Counted from the first letter of the stretch, positions 1 through 13,320 are shown. The stretch: 64,000 nt of DNA from an uncultured beta proteobacterium (GCA_963706655.1 CAVPNN010000006.1:74356-138355), one strand, 5' to 3'. Numbers and translations: made by a program. The notes: generated from the sequence alone by a model not told the origin.

Positions 1-92
1 GCCGCGTGGCGCGCATGTCCGATGGGCAGATCCGGTTCATCGGCCTGATCAGCATCGGCATCGGACTTGCGCTGCTCGCGATCTGGACCTGA
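1..92 (+). CDS. 3' end of a small membrane protein gene truncated by the window edge (possibly DUF2065 family)
   Basis: The frame ending at TGA 90-92 reads ...RVARMSDGQIRFIGLISIGIGLALLAIWT*, a hydrophobic C-terminal helix. The family guess rests only on remembered synteny upstream of hisZ. Confidence 0.3.
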   Translation, partial: RVARMSDGQIRFIGLISIGIGLALLAIWT

Positions 93-155
93 GTCGTCAG
101 CTTGGCGCGGGGTAGGCGCCGGTACAATGCCTGTTTCAACACCCCGCCTCGCCTG

Positions 156-1334
156 ATGTCGTCTGCTTGGCTGCTGCCGGAGCATATTGCCGATGTTCTG
201 CCCACGCAGGCACGGCGCCTGGAAGAGCTGCGGCGGACCCTGCTGGACCGGGCGCACAGTTACGGTTTCGAGCTGGTCGCGCCGCCTTTGCTCGAGCACC
301 TCGACTCACTCCTGACCGGCACCGGCCACGAGCTCGACCTGCGCACGTTCAAGCTGGTCGACCAGCTCAGCGGTCGCACACTCGGTCTGCGCGCCGACAC
401 CACGCCCCAGGCGGCGCGCATCGACGCCCATCTGCTGAACCGCGAAGGCGTGACTCGCCTGTGCTACTGCGGTCCGGTCCTGCACACGCGGCCTGCCGGG
501 CTTTTCGCGACGCGCGAACCGCTTCAGTTCGGGGCCGAGGTGTTCGGCCATGCGGGGCTCGAGACCGACCTCGAGGTTCAGGAGCTGGCGATCGACTGCC
601 TCGTGCTCGCGGGTGTTCGCGATCTGGTCGTGGATCTGTCCGATGCGCGCCTGCTGCGCGCCGTGCTTTCGGGCGTGGCACTCGACGGTGTCGATCTGGG
701 CGAAATCGCCCAGGCCCTGTCGAACAAGGACAGAGCGGGCATAACCGGGCTGACGCGGTCGATGCCGCCCGAGGCGCGAAATGCGTTGCTGGCCTTGCCG
801 GACCTGTACGGCGGTGACGAGGCCCTCGCGGCGGCGCGCAGCACGCTGCCCGGCGGTTCGCTGGTGCAGGACGCCCTGGACCAGATGGAATGGCTGGCCA
901 GCCACCTGCGCCTGGCCCATCCCGATCTGCGCGTCGGCTTCGATCTGTCGGACATGAGCGGCTATGCCTACTACAGCGGCGCGCGCTTTGCGGCGTACAG
1001 CCCGGGGGTGAGCGATCCACTGGTGCGCGGTGGGCGCTACGACGAGATCGGTGCCGTGTTCGGACGCAAGCGCCCGGCGGCAGGCTTCAGCCTGGACCTC
1101 AAGGCGCTGGCCGAGGGCATGCCCAAGGCCGCGCCATGCGACGCCGTGCTCGCCCCATGGGGCGAAGCGCCGGCGTTGCGGGCCGCCGTCAGGCGCTTGC
1201 GCGACCGCGGCGAAACCGTGATCTCGGTCATGCCCGGCGACAAGTCGGATGCCGAAGGATTCGAGTGCGACCGCGAGCTGGCATGTGTCAACGGCGATTG
1301 GGTCCTGCGCGATCGCACGAATGCAACTGATTGA
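156..1334 (+). CDS. hisZ: ATP phosphoribosyltransferase regulatory subunit (HisRS paralogue)
   Basis: ORF 102-1334. N-terminus MSSAWLLPEHIADVLP...FELVAPPLLEHLDSLL and an aaRS-like core are typical of HisZ. ATG 156 is preferred over TTG 102. purA follows directly. Confidence 0.85.
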   Translation: MSSAWLLPEHIADVLPTQARRLEELRRTLLDRAHSYGFELVAPPLLEHLDSLLTGTGHELDLRTFKLVDQLSGRTLGLRADTTPQAARIDAHLLNREGVTRLCYCGPVLHTRPAGLFATREPLQFGAEVFGHAGLETDLEVQELAIDCLVLAGVRDLVVDLSDARLLRAVLSGVALDGVDLGEIAQALSNKDRAGITGLTRSMPPEARNALLALPDLYGGDEALAAARSTLPGGSLVQDALDQMEWLASHLRLAHPDLRVGFDLSDMSGYAYYSGARFAAYSPGVSDPLVRGGRYDEIGAVFGRKRPAAGFSLDLKALAEGMPKAAPCDAVLAPWGEAPALRAAVRRLRDRGETVISVMPGDKSDAEGFECDRELACVNGDWVLRDRTNATD

Positions 1335-1350
1335 CTCCGAGGAAGATTGA

Positions 1351-2694
<1,344 letters not shown>

Positions 2695-2713
2695 AGTCCA
2701 AGGAACCACTGGA

Positions 2714-3235
2714 ATGCTCACTGACGACGGCAAACACCTCTATGTGTCCTGGGATGAGTACCACATGCTCATCGAGCGGCTTGCACTGAAGGTGCACAAC
2801 TCGGGTTGGCAGTGCGACCAGATCCTGTGTCTGGCGCGTGGCGGGATGCGGCCGGGCGACGTGTTGTCACGGGTATTCGACAAGCCGCTGGCGATCATGT
2901 CGACCAGTTCGTATCGCGCCGAAGCCGGGACGATCCAGGGCCGCCTCGACATGGCCAAGTACATCACGCTGCCCAAGGGCGAACTGGCCGGACGGGTGCT
3001 CCTGGTGGATGACCTGTCGGACTCGGGCGTGACGCTGCGCGCGGTCGTCGACCGCTTGCGTGGAATGCCGTCGATCTCGGAACTGCGCTCGGCGGTCATC
3101 TGGGTCAAGGGCGTGTCGAGCTACACGCCCGACTACTTCGTCGAGCAACTGCCCAGCAGCCCCTGGATTCATCAACCCTTCGAGGACTACGACAACCTGC
3201 GCCCCGAGGGTCTCGCACTCAAGTTCAAGGTTTGA
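2714..3235 (+). CDS. phosphoribosyltransferase family protein (purine PRT-like)
   Basis: 173-aa ORF with PRPP-binding loop VLLVDDLSDSGVTL, located directly downstream of purA. Confidence 0.8.
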   Translation: MLTDDGKHLYVSWDEYHMLIERLALKVHNSGWQCDQILCLARGGMRPGDVLSRVFDKPLAIMSTSSYRAEAGTIQGRLDMAKYITLPKGELAGRVLLVDDLSDSGVTLRAVVDRLRGMPSISELRSAVIWVKGVSSYTPDYFVEQLPSSPWIHQPFEDYDNLRPEGLALKFKV

Positions 3236-3326
3236 CGACCTGCCGCGGGGGATGCCCGCAACACGCGCTTGTCAATCGCGCCGGATTCAAGACCTCGGCG
3301 ATGCGCTGGGGCCGGCTTGGCGCTCC

Positions 3327-3360
3327 AAAGCAAAATGGCCGACACTTGCGTGTCGGCCAT
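3327..3360 (-). terminator. rho-independent terminator downstream of tRNA-Leu (may also stop the convergent PRT gene)
   Basis: Perfect 11-bp stem ATGGCCGACAC / GTGTCGGCCAT (3335-3345 / 3350-3360) with a 4-nt loop. On the minus strand it is followed by TTTGCTTTGG. Confidence 0.6.
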
Positions 3361-3381
3361 CATGTCTCAGAACTCTTGATC

Positions 3382-3466
<85 letters not shown>

Positions 3467-3528
3467 TTTCAGGAACCAAGGATCATATCATCAAAGAATC
3501 AGAAATCACAACACGACAGACGCCCCCA

Positions 3529-5769
3529 GTGGCGTTGCTGAGCGAAGTCACCGGCCATGTTCTCGGCCACCGCGACGGGCACGGATTCGTCATTCGAGAC
3601 GACGGTGAGGCCAGCGTCTATCTGGCACCCGAAGAGATGCGCTCGGTCCTGCACCGCGACCATGTACGGGTGCGCATCGTGCGCGTCGACCGCAAGGGCC
3701 GGCCCGAAGGGCGGGTCCTCGAGATCGTGGAGCGGCGCAAGACCCCGATCATCGGGCGCTTGCTCAACGAAGGCGGGCATTGGCTCGTGGCGCCGGAGGA
3801 CCGGCGATTTGGTCAGGACATCCTGATCCCGAAGAACGGCATCGCGCACGCCACTGCCGGCCAGGTGGTCTCGGTCGAACTGACCGAACTGCCTTCCTTG
3901 CACACCAAGCCGGTCGGCCGCGTACTCGAGGTTCTCGGCGAGATCGACGACCCGGGCATGGAGCTGGAAATCGCAGTGCGCAAGTACGAAGTACCGCACC
4001 AGTTTTCGCCCGAGGCCCTGGCCCAGGCTGCCGCACTCCCGGAGCGGATTCGTCCGGCGGACCGCAAGCACCGCGTCGACCTGACCGATGTGCCGCTCGT
4101 GACGATCGACGGCGAGGACGCGCGTGACTTCGACGACGCGGTGTACTGCGAGCCGCTCAAGCGCGGTCGTGGCAAGTCCGCGGTCGAAGGCTGGCGTCTG
4201 ATCGTGGCGATCGCGGACGTCAGCCACTACGTCAAGCCCGGTGAGCCGATCGACCAGGACGCCTACGGGCGCGCGACCTCGGTCTACTTCCCGCGCCGCG
4301 TGATTCCGATGTTGCCGGAGAAGCTGTCGAACGGGCTGTGTTCGCTCAATCCCGACCAGGACCGGCTGGCCATGGTGTGCGATATGGTGGTCGCCAATGA
4401 TGGATCGGTCGACGCCTACCAGTTCTTTCCGGCCGTCATCAATTCGCATGCGCGGCTGACCTACACCGAAGTGGCAGCGGCATTGGCCAATACGAACGGC
4501 CCGGAAGCCCAGAAGCGGGCCGCGGTGCTGCCTCAACTGCTCGATCTGCACGAGGTCTATCGGGCCCTGCTCAAACAACGTGCCAAGCGCGGTGCGGTGG
4601 ATTTCGAAACCACCGAGACGCAGATCATCTGTGACGACAACGGGCGCATCGAGAAGATCGTGCCGCGCACGCGCACCGACGCGCATCGACTGATCGAAGA
4701 AGCGATGCTGGCGGCCAATGTCTGCGCGGCCGACTTCATCGCGCGCGGCAAGCATCCGTCGCTGTACCGCGTTCACGAGGGCCCGACTGCGGAGAAGCGC
4801 ATCGCGCTGCAGGCCTACCTTCGCTCGCTCGGGCTCGGCCTGCACCTGAGCGACGAGCCGGTACCGGCCGAGATGCAGGCGATCGCCAGCGCCACCAAGG
4901 ACCGGATCGACGCGACCCAGATTCACACGATGCTGCTGCGATCGATGCAGCAGGCGGTCTACACGGCGAACAACGAAGGGCACTTCGGGCTGGCGTACGA
5001 GGCCTACACCCACTTCACCAGCCCGATCCGGCGCTACCCGGACCTGCTGGTGCACCGCGTGATCAAGGCCCTGCTGGGGGCGAAGCGGTATCAGCTGTCG
5101 CTGGCGGCGACGGTGGCCGCCGCACCCCAGTTGCGCAAGGTCACGAAGGCCTCGCCGAAGAAGGACGCCAAGCTGCCGAAGGCGGCCAGCCGTGAACTCG
5201 AACTGTGGGAGCAGGCCGGCGCTCATTGCAGCGCCAACGAACGTCGGGCCGACGAAGCGTCACGCGACGTCGAGGCGTGGCTCAAGTGCCGATTCATGCG
5301 CGATCGCCTGGGCGAGGAGTTCAGTGGAACGGTCAGTGCGGCGGCGGCGTTCGGCATCTTCGTGACGCTGGACGAGCTCTATGTCGACGGCATGGTTCAC
5401 ATCAGTGAACTCGGTGGCGACTACTTCCGGTTCGACGAAGTGCGCCAGGAGCTGCGCGGCGAACGCTCCGGCCAGCGCTATGGCGTCGGCACCCGGGTTC
5501 GGGTACAGGTCAGCCGGGTCGATCTGGACAGCCGGAAGATCGACTTCCGCCTGGTTCACGAGGTGAGCGAAGACAAGCCGATGTCCGCGGTCCGCCCGGA
5601 TCGAAAGAGCAGGGTGAGTGCGGTCGAAGAACTCGACGAGATCCGCGCCGCCGACCGTGCCGTGAAGTCCCAACGGGTGACAACTGGCAAGGGCAAGAGC
5701 GCGGCGCCGGCCCGCAAGGCCAAGCACGGTCAGGCGGGGAAGAAGGGCGTCAGCCGCAAGCCGCGCTGA
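3529..5769 (+). CDS. rnr: ribonuclease R (3'-5' exoribonuclease, RNB family)
   Basis: Cold-shock-like GHGFVIRDDG, RNB core (DGEDARDFDDAVY, HFGLAYEAYTHFTSPIRRYPDLLVHR), an S1 domain and a Lys/Arg-rich tail. The ORF opens at 3439 inside the tRNA, so GTG 3529 or TTG 3535 is the more likely start. The start is uncertain. Confidence 0.88.
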   Translation: MALLSEVTGHVLGHRDGHGFVIRDDGEASVYLAPEEMRSVLHRDHVRVRIVRVDRKGRPEGRVLEIVERRKTPIIGRLLNEGGHWLVAPEDRRFGQDILIPKNGIAHATAGQVVSVELTELPSLHTKPVGRVLEVLGEIDDPGMELEIAVRKYEVPHQFSPEALAQAAALPERIRPADRKHRVDLTDVPLVTIDGEDARDFDDAVYCEPLKRGRGKSAVEGWRLIVAIADVSHYVKPGEPIDQDAYGRATSVYFPRRVIPMLPEKLSNGLCSLNPDQDRLAMVCDMVVANDGSVDAYQFFPAVINSHARLTYTEVAAALANTNGPEAQKRAAVLPQLLDLHEVYRALLKQRAKRGAVDFETTETQIICDDNGRIEKIVPRTRTDAHRLIEEAMLAANVCAADFIARGKHPSLYRVHEGPTAEKRIALQAYLRSLGLGLHLSDEPVPAEMQAIASATKDRIDATQIHTMLLRSMQQAVYTANNEGHFGLAYEAYTHFTSPIRRYPDLLVHRVIKALLGAKRYQLSLAATVAAAPQLRKVTKASPKKDAKLPKAASRELELWEQAGAHCSANERRADEASRDVEAWLKCRFMRDRLGEEFSGTVSAAAAFGIFVTLDELYVDGMVHISELGGDYFRFDEVRQELRGERSGQRYGVGTRVRVQVSRVDLDSRKIDFRLVHEVSEDKPMSAVRPDRKSRVSAVEELDEIRAADRAVKSQRVTTGKGKSAAPARKAKHGQAGKKGVSRKPR

Positions 5770-5834
5770 CCCGGTTGGGGCGGCTGGGGCGGTTGCGCAT
5801 TGTCAAGCCGCGTGTCGCAAGCGCATCATCGGGC

Positions 5835-6104
5835 ATGCCCCGCGTGATGTTCACCCCGCAGCTGCGCCGTTTCACCGAAACGCCGCAGATCGATTGCGAC
5901 GCCGCCCGGCTGCGCGATGCGCTCGAGGCCGCCTTTGCGGCCAACCCGCGCCTGCGCGGCTACGTGCTCGACGACCAGGGCCATGTGCGGCCAAACGTCG
6001 TGGTCTTCATCGACGGCCGGCGCAGTGACGACCGCACCGAGCTGGCCGAGCCCCTGGCGCCGGACAGCGAGGTCTACGTGATGCAAGCCCTTTCAGGAGG
6101 ATGA
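5835..6104 (+). CDS. MoaD/ThiS-family beta-grasp protein with C-terminal Gly-Gly
   Basis: 89-aa product MPRVMFTPQLRRF...EVYVMQALSGG*. Size, pattern and GG terminus are typical of sulfur-carrier or ubiquitin-like proteins. The stop overlaps the next ATG (GGATGA at 6099-6104). Confidence 0.7.
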   Translation: MPRVMFTPQLRRFTETPQIDCDAARLRDALEAAFAANPRLRGYVLDDQGHVRPNVVVFIDGRRSDDRTELAEPLAPDSEVYVMQALSGG

Positions 6105-7192
6105 CCATGCAAGCGACGACCAATCACGACCGCGCCTGGGTCGCCACCCGCAAGGGCCTCTTTGAGCTGCGCCTGAGCGGCGGACACTGGGCGATCGCGC
6201 GCACCTCCTTCCTGGGCGAACCGGTCAGCATGCTGCTGCCACCCGACGACCGGGGCCGCATGCTGGCCGCGCTCAACCTCGGGCACTTCGGCGTCAAGCT
6301 GCACCGCTCCGACGACGCCGGCGCCACTTGGACCGAAGTGGCGACGCCGGCCTACCCCGAACAACCCGCCGACGCCCCTGGCGCACCGTGGAAACTGGTT
6401 CAGATCTGGTCGCTCGAAGCCGCGCGTGGCACCGTCTGGGCCGGCACGCTCCCGGGTGGCCTGTTCCGGTCCGACGACTTCGGCAGCAGCTGGCAACTGG
6501 TGCGCAGCCTGTGGGACCGACCGGAGCGACTGGAGTGGTTCGGCGGCGGCTACGACGTGCCGGGCATCCATTCGATCTGCCCGCACCCGGTGAACGCCGG
6601 CGAGCTGCTGCTGGGCATCAGCTGCGGCGGCGCCTGGAAGACCACCGACGATGGCGAAACCTGGGCCCTCAGTGCCGAAGGCATGCGCGCCGACTTCCTG
6701 CCGCCCGAGCAGGCCGGCTACCAGAACACCCAGGACCCGCACCGCATCGTGCGTTGTGCGTCGAACCCCGACGTGCTCTGGTGCCAGCATCACTGCGGCA
6801 TCTGGCGCAGCACCGACAACGCAGCGAGCTGGGTCGAAGTCAAGGCGCCGCTGTCGTCCTTCGGCTTCGGCGTGGCCGTGCATCCGCAGGACCCGGGCAC
6901 CGCGTGGTTCGTCCCCGGCGTGGCCGACCAGCAGCGCGTGCCGGTCGACGGCGCCGTCGTGGTCAACCGCACGCGCGACGGCGGCCAGACCTTCGAGACC
7001 CTGCGCCAGGGCCTGCCACAGCGCGACGCCTTCGACTTGAGCTACCGCCACGGCTTGGCCGTCGCTGGCGATGGCCGCACGCTGCTGATGGGCACGACCA
7101 CCGGCAACCTGTGGGCGAGTGCAGATGGGGGTGACGCCTGGAGCATGGTGTCCGCCAATTTGCCGCCGGTGCATGCGGTGCGGTTCGGCTGA
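6101..7192 (+). CDS. BNR/Asp-box repeat beta-propeller protein (sialidase-like fold, function unknown)
   Basis: Six S/T-x-D-x-G-x-T/S-W/F boxes: SDDAGATW, SDDFGSSW, TTDDGETW, STDNAASW, TRDGGQTF, SADGGDAW. Confidence 0.8.
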   Translation: MTMQATTNHDRAWVATRKGLFELRLSGGHWAIARTSFLGEPVSMLLPPDDRGRMLAALNLGHFGVKLHRSDDAGATWTEVATPAYPEQPADAPGAPWKLVQIWSLEAARGTVWAGTLPGGLFRSDDFGSSWQLVRSLWDRPERLEWFGGGYDVPGIHSICPHPVNAGELLLGISCGGAWKTTDDGETWALSAEGMRADFLPPEQAGYQNTQDPHRIVRCASNPDVLWCQHHCGIWRSTDNAASWVEVKAPLSSFGFGVAVHPQDPGTAWFVPGVADQQRVPVDGAVVVNRTRDGGQTFETLRQGLPQRDAFDLSYRHGLAVAGDGRTLLMGTTTGNLWASADGGDAWSMVSANLPPVHAVRFG

Positions 7193-7202
7193 GGGGGGGG
7201 GG
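7193..7202 (+). repeat. G10 homopolymer immediately after the stop codon of the BNR gene
   Basis: Read directly: TGA(7190-7192) followed by GGGGGGGGGG. Confidence 0.9.
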
Positions 7203-7230
7203 AGAACCTTCGGCGCCCATCCGCCGCCAT

Positions 7231-7252
7231 GACCTGTCAGGGTTGACAGGTC
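7231..7252. promoter_or_regulatory. 9-bp perfect inverted repeat (hairpin or operator) between the BNR gene and the T1SS locus
   Basis: GACCTGTCA gggt TGACAGGTC. No T-tract follows, so it is not a classic terminator. Confidence 0.35.
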
Positions 7253-7308
7253 TCCTCCCCCAAGCTCATGGGGGTAGGCTCCGACGCCGGGTCGATAGAC
7301 TCCTGCCG

Positions 7309-7332
7309 GATTCGAACGTCAAGATTCGAACG
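7309..7332. promoter_or_regulatory. tandem direct repeat GATTCGAACG-N4-GATTCGAACG upstream of the ABC exporter (candidate regulator site)
   Basis: Two identical 10-mers lie 14 bp apart in a locally AT-richer patch about 180 bp upstream of ATG 7514. Confidence 0.3.
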
Positions 7333-7513
7333 CAACGAGCCGTGGAGGGTCCGCGTGTCCGATGCCGGCGGTGGAAGCGTGTCGCGATTTCCCGATCCAC
7401 GGGCGCTCGCCCACGAGGAGCCGCAGCCGGTTGCAGTGCTGCCGCAGACTGAACCGCCGAGGGCCGGAGCGACGAAGTCCGCTGAGCGAAGGGCGCCGGC
7501 ACCGTCAGCGGCA

Positions 7514-9682
<2,169 letters not shown>

Positions 9683-11104
9683 ATGAGCCAACCGGCCAGC
9701 CCGCGCCACCCGGCGTTTGATCTGCTGGCGCGCTACCGCGCCATCTTCAAGGCCGCCTGGGATGCCCGCCATGAACTCGCCGGCCCCAGGCGTCTGGCCG
9801 ACGAAGCTGCCTTCCTGCCGGCCGCCCTGAGCCTGCAGGAGACACCGGTGCACCCGGCGCCGCGGCGGGCGATGGCGGTCATCATCGCGCTCTTCGTCGC
9901 CGCCCTGGCCTGGAGCTGGTTCGGCCAGGTCGACGTGGTGGCGGTGGCCCCGGGCGCATCGTCGTCAGCGACCGCACCAAGCTGATCCAGCCGCTGGAGG
10001 CGGCGGTGGTCCGCGCCATCCTCGTCCAGGACGGTGACCGCGTGGCCGCTGGCCAGGTGCTGGTCGAACTCGATCCGACGATGGCCACCGCCGACCGCCG
10101 CAGCGTCGACGAGCAGACCCAGGCCGCGCGCGACGACGCTGAGCGGGCGCGGGCCCTGCTGCAGGCGCTGAACAGTGGCCAGCCACCGCCTGCGCGGTCG
10201 GGGGCTGCGCCGGCCCAGGCCGATGCCCAGGCCCAACTGCAGTCGGAGTGGGCCGACATCGCCGCCCGCCTGGCCCGGCTGGACGCCGAAGCCGCCGCCG
10301 CGGGGCCGAGCTGAGTACCGTGCAATCCGGCCTGGACAAGCTGCAGACCATGCTGCCGCTGGCCCGCCAGCGCGAGGACGATCTGCTGAGCCTGGCCAGC
10401 GCAGGGTTTCGTGGCCGGCCACGCGGGGCAGGACCGAAGCCGCGAACGCATCGAGCTCGAACGCGACCTGGCCACCCAGCAGGCCCGCCTGGCCGAAGCC
10501 CAGCGCCGCGCTGGTCGAGACCCGCCAGAGCCGCCAGGCCACCGTGGCCGAGACCCGGCGCGTGCTCAACGACCGCCTGGCCAAGGCCACGCTGGAGCTG
10601 GCGCAGCTGCAGCAGCAAGGCGCCAAGACCGCGCAACGCGAACAGCTGGCCCGCCTCACCGCCCCGGTGGCCGGCACCGTGCAGCAGCTGGCCATCCACA
10701 GCCCTGGCGGCGTGGTGACGCCGGCGCAGAACCTGATGGTCATCGTGCCTGACGAAGGGGAGGTCACGGCCGAGGTCATCGTGGAGAACAAGGACGTCGG
10801 CTTCGTGCACCCGGGGCAGGCGGTGACGGTCAAGCTGGAGACCTTCAACTTCACGCGCTACGGCACGGTGCCGGCCATGGTGAGCCGGATGACGGCCGAC
10901 GCGGTGCACGATGAACGGCGCGGCGCCATCTTCCCGGCCACGCTGCGGCTGGCGCGGCACAGCATCGACATCGATGGCAAGGCCATCCGGCTGAGCCCGG
11001 GCATGAACGTCACCGCCGAGATCAAGACCGGCCGGCGGCCGGTGATCGACTTCTTGCTGAGCCCGATCCGGCGTACGGCCAGCGAGAGTTTGGGGGAACG
11101 ATGA
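9683..11104 (+). pseudogene. HlyD-family type I secretion periplasmic adaptor, broken into five reading-frame segments
   Basis: The pieces read colinearly with HlyD. They are MSQPASPRHPAFDLLARYR...GQVDVVAVAPG (frame of hlyB), then RIVVSDRTKLIQPLEAAVVRAILVQDGDRVAAGQVLVELD (10006 frame), then AELSTVQSGLDKLQTMLPLARQREDDLLSLASAGF, then VAGHAGQDRSRERIELERDLATQQARLAEA, and finally ...LTAPVAGTVQQLAIHSPGGVVTPAQNLMVIVP...VTAEIKTGRRPVIDFLLSPIRRTASESLGER*. Breaks lie near 9950, 10303, 10408 and 10503. Confidence 0.85.
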
Positions 11105-11213
11105 GGATGTGTTTGGTGCATACCTTGCCCAAGTGGATAACCGCGTCGCCGATCCCATGGCGACCCGTTCGGAGCCCCCAGGGCCTAGGCAGCGCGATGA
11201 GAAGGGAGAGCGA

Positions 11214-12040
11214 ATGAACGGCTTGATGGTGGTGCTGACCCGCGCGGCCTATGGCGTGCTGATGCTCATGGCCACGGTGTTCGGCTGGCACCGCGCCAAT
11301 TTCGACTGCAAGTGGCGAGTCCCGGCGCATCAGCCCGGCGCCGACGGCGTCGTCGCGGGGCTGTCGAACGGCCGTGTCGGCTGCTGGAGTCCTTCGACGT
11401 GCGTCGCGAAGTCTGGCGAAGGCCTGCGCAGGAGTGGTACCGTGAGCTTCCTGATTGCCATCGTCCTGCCGTTTGTCTACGTGATCGTGGCGCTGCTGGT
11501 CGTGATGCCGGCGTGGAAGCGCGCCGTCGACAAGCAAGGCTCCTACAACAGCGCCTGGATCCGCACACTGATCATGGGCCTGCCTTTCGTGCTGCTCGGG
11601 GCCGAACCGCGCGCGTCGTGTACTGGGCCGACCGAGAGGTGGACGGGCTGTGCGCCAAGGACGGTGGCGTGCACGTCTATGAGACTGTCACGCTCGGGCC
11701 GGAGAACTTTGGGCCCGATGGGACGGTGTTTCCGCAGTACGAGCTTCTTGCGGCGCAGAGGCCGGGGCACGGTCTTCGCTACGGACCTGACTACACGGTC
11801 AAGTTCAGTACTGAGACGTTGCGTGACGGCCGCGGACTGCTCATGCCAAGGCTGACGCGCTCCGTCATCCACGTCGTGCGGGTTGAAGACAGCAAGTTGC
11901 TTGCCGAGCAGGTTGGATACGACCGCTACGGCGGTGACCCACCAGGGCCATGGGCAGCGTCCTCGCATAGCTGCTCTTCTTCGCTGTACCGACCAGGGTT
12001 CGAAAGATTGGTCTTCATCAATTCAGGGAGGCATCAATGA
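11214..12040 (+). pseudogene. hypothetical membrane-anchored protein between adaptor and RTX gene, at least one frame break near 11605
   Basis: MNGLMVVLTRAAYGVLMLMATVFGW... and SFLIAIVLPFVYVIVALLVVMP (TM helices) are in frame 0. The text continues in another frame as RVVYWADREVDGLCAKDGGVHVYETV...FERLVFINSG*. The stop overlaps the RTX start (ATGA 12037-12040). I recognise no family. Confidence 0.4.
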
Positions 12041-13320
12041 GCACAGCAAGCAATCTCTTCCACCAAGCGGCGAACGCACAAGCCGCGTACGCGACCGAGC
12101 TCTTTGGGGAGATGCCGGCCGCCGGGGTTCGCGATCGGCTTACACGGACAGCCGACTTCACGGCCACACAGGCGACGGCATTCGCTGACCGATTTGCCGT
12201 CGTCGTCCAGTACAACGACACGATCGCCGAAGGCGGTCTGGACACGGGCCTGTCGCTGACGGTCTTTCGGGATAAGGCAACCAACGCGCTGACCCTCGCC
12301 ATTCGCGGCACGGTCGACCAGTGAGTTGGGCGATCTGCACACGGATGCCGAGCTCGGCAACGGTGGTGCGGGCTACGACCAGATCGTGTCGCTGTTGAAC
12401 TGGTGGCAGCGGGCGACTGCACCGCCGCGGGACGCGGTCCTCAGTACTTGTTCGTGCTCGACAACACGTTCTACCCCGACGCGTGGCCGGTGGGCAGCGG
12501 GTTCCTTGCGCGCACCCATGACGCCAGCGCCACCGGCACGCTCGTGGCCGCGCTGGCCGCGGCGGGTGGCCGGCGCGACATCACCGGGCACAGCCTTGGC
12601 GTGCACCTGGCGATGGCGTTCCAGGCGCTGTTTCCGGCGTCGATCGACGACGTCGTCGCGTTTAACGCGCCGGGTTTCAAGGCCACGGTGGAGAACCCGG
12701 GCGTTCTTCAAGGCGTTGGGTGGCCGGGACGCAGTGTGCCCAGCGGTGCCGTGCCGGCTGATCAATGTCGTGGCCAATCACGCTTTGGCGGCCGCCGACG
12801 TGCCATTCCAGGGCATCGCGATGCTGAACTCGCGCCCGGGTCTCTGGTGGACGTCCCCATCGAGGATCAGACGCGGGCGGGCGATCCCGACTGGCCTGTG
12901 GCGCTGAACCATTCGCATATGATTCTGACCGATGCGCTGGCCGCCCACGCGCTGATCGAACAGGTGCAGCCGACGCTGTCGGGACTCTGGCATCGACGGG
13001 CTGCTGAAAACGCCTCGAACAAGGACCATGCGGGGCTGGAGCGGCTCGTCGACGCCTTGCAGTCGTTGCTCGGCATCGACTCGACACCGATGCCTGCAGG
13101 CATCCCCAGCCGCGAGTCGATGTATGCCGCCATGAAGGACATCACCGACCACTCGGCGTTCGCCGCCATCGAAGGCAAACTCACCCTGTCCCCCGCCTTC
13201 GACACCAGTGCCGCCCGCACCGACTTCGCCGCATTGCTGAGCCTGACGCTGGGCTTGCCGTTCCAGGCCAGCACCAATGACACGGGCGCCACATCGGCGC
13301 TGGCCGGTGCATGGCAGCAC
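12037..13320 (+). pseudogene. N-terminal class-3-lipase-like (alpha/beta hydrolase) domain of the RTX protein, interrupted by about five frame breaks
   Basis: MSTASNLFHQAANAQAAY...LTLAIRGTVDQ* (RGT motif), then LGDLHTDAELGNGGAGYDQIVSLLNWWQ, then QYLFVLDN...DITGHSLGVHLAMAF (GHSLG nucleophile elbow), then INVVANHALAAADVPFQGIAML, then SLVDVPIEDQ...ALNHSHMILTD. Breaks lie near 12320, 12430, CCCGGG 12696-12701, CCCGGG 12835-12840 and 13308. Confidence 0.75.

Noticed and set aside
7231-7252. The inverted repeat contains CTGT-N8-ACAG (CTGTcagggttgACAG) and could be read as a third LexA box.
   Set aside because: Only the minimal tetranucleotides match. The spacer is GC-rich, unlike the two convincing boxes, and the flanks lack the TA...TA extension. 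I kept it only as a generic inverted repeat.
12326-12907. ORFs 12326-12907 and 12403-13404 as two independent overlapping genes.
   Set aside because: Each contains alternating stretches of good lipase-like text and Arg-rich nonsense. The good stretches concatenate colinearly into one alpha/beta-hydrolase domain, so they are frame fragments of the RTX gene head.
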